Shown: positions 8,157 to 11,456 of the stretch, piece by piece
Numbering within the stretch: the stretch's first letter is position 1
Layout: each line of letters starts with the position of its first letter
Assembly: GCF_006345805.1 (NCBI RefSeq)
Contig: NW_021827002.1
Span: forward strand, 1 to 11,456
Source of the DNA: Octopus sinensis
Taxonomy: Eukaryota
Direction: 5' to 3'
DNA length: 11,456 nucleotides
Notes under the pieces: generated by a model
What the model was told of the DNA's origin: nothing
The model's database searches: none
The model's input: only the letters and a program-made list of their open reading frames with translations
Made by a program: the position numbers and the translations under genes

Positions 8157-8729
8157 TCTCTATATATATGTAAAGCTGAAGTTGTCTGTGTATGGCAGGT
8201 TTGGTAGCCTTCAACTAACACTACCTCCTCCGAGACCCTGCGACGCAAGTTGACCAAAATTGAGAGTATGATAGAAGAAGGTTTGCTCTTCCTTCCGTAA
8301 AAAGAAAATTCAAATCGGACCATGTTAACACCAAAAATTATTTATATTAAAAAGGTGCTTTTTTCCATGAAAATCCCTATTTTTTACGATGTATGGCAGG
8401 TTTGGTAGTCTTCAACTAACACTATCTCATCCGAGACCCTACCACGCAAGTTGATCAAAATTGAGAATATGATGGAAGAAGGCTTGCTCTTCCTTCTGTA
8501 AAAAGAAAATTCAAATCGGACCGTGTTAACACCAAAAATTATTTACATCAGACAAGTGCTTTTTTTACGATTTTTTGACTGCTGTGTCGCCATTTTTCGG
8601 TGTATTTCAACCAGAAAAATGTTCACTTAAAGAGAATAACAAGCTACAAAATGCAAAATTTTTACTTTTCAAAAATTCCAATTCTAAAGGGTCGAAACAA
8701 ACCCAAGATACGCGGGACGAAACTGCTAA
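8157..8729 (+). mobile_element. Non-autonomous Helitron-like element copy A, with internal ~200-bp tandem duplication
   Basis: 5' end A|TCTCTATATATATG. Colinear with the reverse complement of 9027-9421. Degenerate 3' end ...ACTGCTAA|T (CTAG in copy B). Units 8190-8390 and 8391-8571 are tandem. Confidence 0.75.
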
Positions 8730-9026
8730 TCTGACTATATCATATCTCCTCCTTGGAAAACTTTCGGAATTAAATGCAAACCGAAAATGGACCGCAAGGA
8801 TTTAGATTATGTAAAAACTATTAAAAACCGCTATTTTAAACTGTATTTATCAGGACAGTGAACACGATTAAGGCTATTGTACGCATGGTTGAACATTTAG
8901 GTCACGTTATAGTTGTTTCGCCACGAGTGATTCCCGTTTGAAAAAACATTTTAGTAGAATAATTTCCACCCAAGATCATCACACACTTTTGCGTATCTAA
9001 AGTTATATATATATTCTTTACATTTA

Positions 9027-9421
9027 CTAGCAGTATCGCCCGGCGTTGCTCGGTTTTGTTTCGACCCTTTAGAATTGGAATTTTTGAAAAGTAAAAATTT
9101 TGCATTATGTAGCTTGTTATTCTCTTTAAGTGAACATTTTTTCTGGTTGAAATACACCGAAAATTGGCGACACAGCGGTAAAAAAAATTGTACAAAATAG
9201 GGATTTTCATAGAAAAAAAGCACCTTTTTGATGTCAATAATTTTTGCTGTTAACATTCTCCGATTTGAATTCTTTTCTTCTACGGAAGGATGAGCAAGCC
9301 TTTTTCTATCATACTCTCAATTTTGGTCAACTTGCGCCGCAGGGTCTCGATGGAGATTGTGTTTGTTGAAGGCTGCGAAACCTGCCATACACAGACAACT
9401 TCAACTTTATATATAGAGAGA
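9027..9421 (-). mobile_element. Non-autonomous Helitron-like element copy B, complete termini
   Basis: Minus strand reads 5' A|TC..., GC-rich subterminal hairpin CCGAGCAACGCCGG about 10 nt before the end, and 3' CTAG|T. Inserted between A and T with no TSD, the Helitron hallmarks. No RepHel coding sequence. Confidence 0.82.
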
Positions 9422-9569
9422 TAAAGATAATACGGTGCGATTTGAAGAATTCTGGCTATTATTTCTAGGAAGCAGCGTGGCTGTGATTGCTCCTGCTTTT
9501 GTGATGATGACGACGACGATATTTATTCTTTCTTCAAGATTAAAATTCACAGATGTATCAATTCGCACC

Positions 9570-9807
9570 CAGTAATCCCTCGTCTATCACGGGTGTTACG
9601 TTCCAAAACACCCCGCGATGGGGGAAAATCAGCGAGGTAGATGCAGTACTGTACTGCATATTTTAAAAAATTATTTTTTATAATTTGTATATATTTATAT
9701 TATTATAAATACAAAACAACACCATAGAGGAATCGACGTAAGATTGAATAATAAACCGCGATAAGTGAACTGCGACAGGTGGACCGCGATATGGCGAGGG
9801 CTTACTG
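9570..9807. mobile_element. pogo/Tigger-type (Tc1/mariner) MITE
   Basis: TIR CAGTAATCCCTCG (9570-9582) versus reverse complement of 9795-9807, CAGTAAGCCCTCG (12/13), extending imperfectly to ~23 bp (TATCACGG/TATCGCGG). TA follows the right end; left flank is CC, so the TA TSD is not preserved. Recurrent internal CCGCGAT motifs. Confidence 0.75.
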
Positions 9808-10041
9808 TATTCCAGTTTCATCGAACAATTAAAACGTCCAAGATTTAATCTCCACTTGGTTTTATCCTGTTAGAGACCTCTAAAAATAGAAACGCTTATT
9901 TTCGTATCTATGATGTTGTTTACCCGAAATGGGTACAAGTTTCTTTCCAAATTCTCGGAAACATTGCAGAAGAGGATTAAATAATCATTCGTAAAACACC
10001 ATAATGTATAAAAAAAATTTAATCTATTACGTATCGTGTTA

Positions 10042-10088
10042 AATCACGTGATTGGCGAAGTAATTATATTCTACGGCTGCGCATTGGC
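10042..10088. promoter_or_regulatory. Candidate E-box plus tandem CCAAT (NF-Y) module
   Basis: 12-bp palindrome AATCACGTGATT (10042-10053) overlaps ATTGG at 10051-10055. A second ATTGG at 10083-10087 lies 32 bp away in the same orientation. No TSS evidence. Confidence 0.25.
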
Positions 10089-10121
10089 TTCATACTCGAC
10101 ATTAAAAATTAGAAGAAAAAA

Positions 10122-10333
10122 AGGGTGGCTAGCTAGCAGAATCGTTGATATGCTTTACACAAATGCTTAGCGGCATTTCGTCCGTTTTTGCATTCTGAGT
10201 TCAAATCCCGAAGTGGTCGATGTTTCCTTTGATCCTTTCGGAATCGATAAAATTAGTACCAGTTGTCTACTGGTGTCGATGTGCTCAACTTATTCTCTCA
10301 ACCTAAATTGCTGGCTTTGAAACCATTATTATT
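10122..10333 (+). mobile_element. SINE family A-related copy 3, diverged, with a different 3' tail
   Basis: A-box-like TAGCAGAATCGTTG and B box GAGTTCAAATCCC (10197-10209). Body aligns to copies 1 and 2 up to ~10291. Tail differs and ends in (ATT)n. Confidence 0.8.
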
Positions 10334-10770
10334 AATTTTACTATTATTTATTATTTATTTACCTCATTCATTTCTTTTTTGTTTTTTTTGCTGAGAATGC
10401 TGTGAAATATGTTCATTGTGCCTGAAAGTGACAGCGCGGGGGGGGGGGGTGTTCAATTTAACAGTTATGAGAATGGATGCCACGAAGCCGGCACCTGTAA
10501 AGTGAGCTTACACACAAAAGTTCTGTTCGTATACATGCAAATTGAACAGAGAGGCATACCTAAGAGTACATATGCATGTGTTTATATATGCGTGTACACA
10601 CACACACATACTCTCTCCACCCTCTCTCTCTCTCTCCCTTTTCCACACACACGTATAGCAATACACTCAAACACAACCACACACATATATAACGATACCC
10701 TTACTTTTCTTTATCATTTCTATTTGTGTTTACCCTTTTCTTTTGTCTAATCTACTCTATCACTCATACA

Positions 10771-11441
10771 CTCTTTCTTTCTTTCTTTCTTCTTTCTTTC
10801 TTTCTTTCTTTTTTTCTTGCTTTCATTCATTCTTTTCCTCTTTCTTGCTTTCTTTCTTTCTTTCTTTCTTTCATTCTTCCTTTCATTCGTTCATTCTTTC
10901 TTTCTTTTTTTCTTTTTTCTTTCTTGCTTTCATTCATTCTTTTTTCTTTCTTTCTTTCTTTTTTCTTTCTTGCTTTCATTCATTCTTTTCTTCTTTCTTG
11001 CTTTCGTTCATTCTTTCTTCCTTTTTTCTTTCTTGCTTTCATTCATTCTTTTTTCTTTCTGCTTTCGTTCATTCTTTCTTTCTTTCTTCCTTCTTTTCTT
11101 TTTGCTTCGAATTAATCTTTTTTCTTTCTTGCTTTTCTTTATTTCTTTATTTATTCTTTCTTCTTTTCCTTTCATTCGTTCATTCTTTCTTTCTTTCTTT
11201 ATTTTTCTTTCTTGCTTTCATTCATCTTTTTTTTCTTTTGCTTTCTTTCTTTATTCTTTCTTCTTTCTTCTCCTTTCATTCGTTCATTCTTCTTTCTTTC
11301 TTTCTTTTTTCTTTTGCTTTCATTCATTCTTTTTTCTTTCTTTCTTTCTTTTTTCTTATTGCTTTCATTCATTCTTTCTTTCTTTCTTTCTTCTTTCTTT
11401 CTTTTTTCTTCTTTTCATTCATACTTTTTTCTTTCTTTCTT
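10771..11441. repeat. Pyrimidine-rich (TTTC/TTCA) minisatellite-like tract
   Basis: About 670 bp, almost entirely T/C on the + strand. GCTTTC(A/G)TTCAT recurs nine times (10819, 10926, 10972, 11000, 11035, 11061, 11214, 11316, 11361). Confidence 0.95.
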
Positions 11442-11456
11442 ACTGTGTACACACAC

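Noticed and set aside
8575-9256. Similar peptides in ORFs 8575..8805 and 8951..9256 (KCSLKENNKL...SKGSKQ)
   Set aside because: The similarity just reflects the two inverted Helitron-like copies; no Rep or helicase motifs.
10438-10449. G12 homopolymer
   Set aside because: Isolated run with no supporting context; homopolymer length is also error-prone.
10726-11115. 129-aa F/S/L-rich ORF that looks membrane-like
   Set aside because: Translation of the TTTC tract, which cannot encode stops.

Overview
AT-rich eukaryotic intronic/intergenic DNA with no supportable intact protein-coding gene, rRNA, true tRNA or CRISPR array. Most listed ORFs are artefacts of microsatellites or repeats. From memory, the repeat families resemble those abundant in octopus genomes; this is unverified. 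The window holds three tRNA-derived SINE families, a decayed C-terminal fragment of a restriction-like-endonuclease (R2/R4/NeSL-type) LINE, two non-autonomous Helitron-like copies in inverted orientation, a pogo/Tigger-type MITE, two foldback structures, many microsatellites and a ~670-bp pyrimidine-rich minisatellite. Three observations stand out. (1) A minimal type I hammerhead ribozyme of the Penelope-element type lies in the tail of a tRNA-Arg-derived SINE (7245-7290). (2) That SINE is part of a composite insertion flanked by a 13-bp direct repeat, with inverted tail copies (6879-7350). (3) A near-perfect 116-bp-arm hairpin spans 5508-5754.
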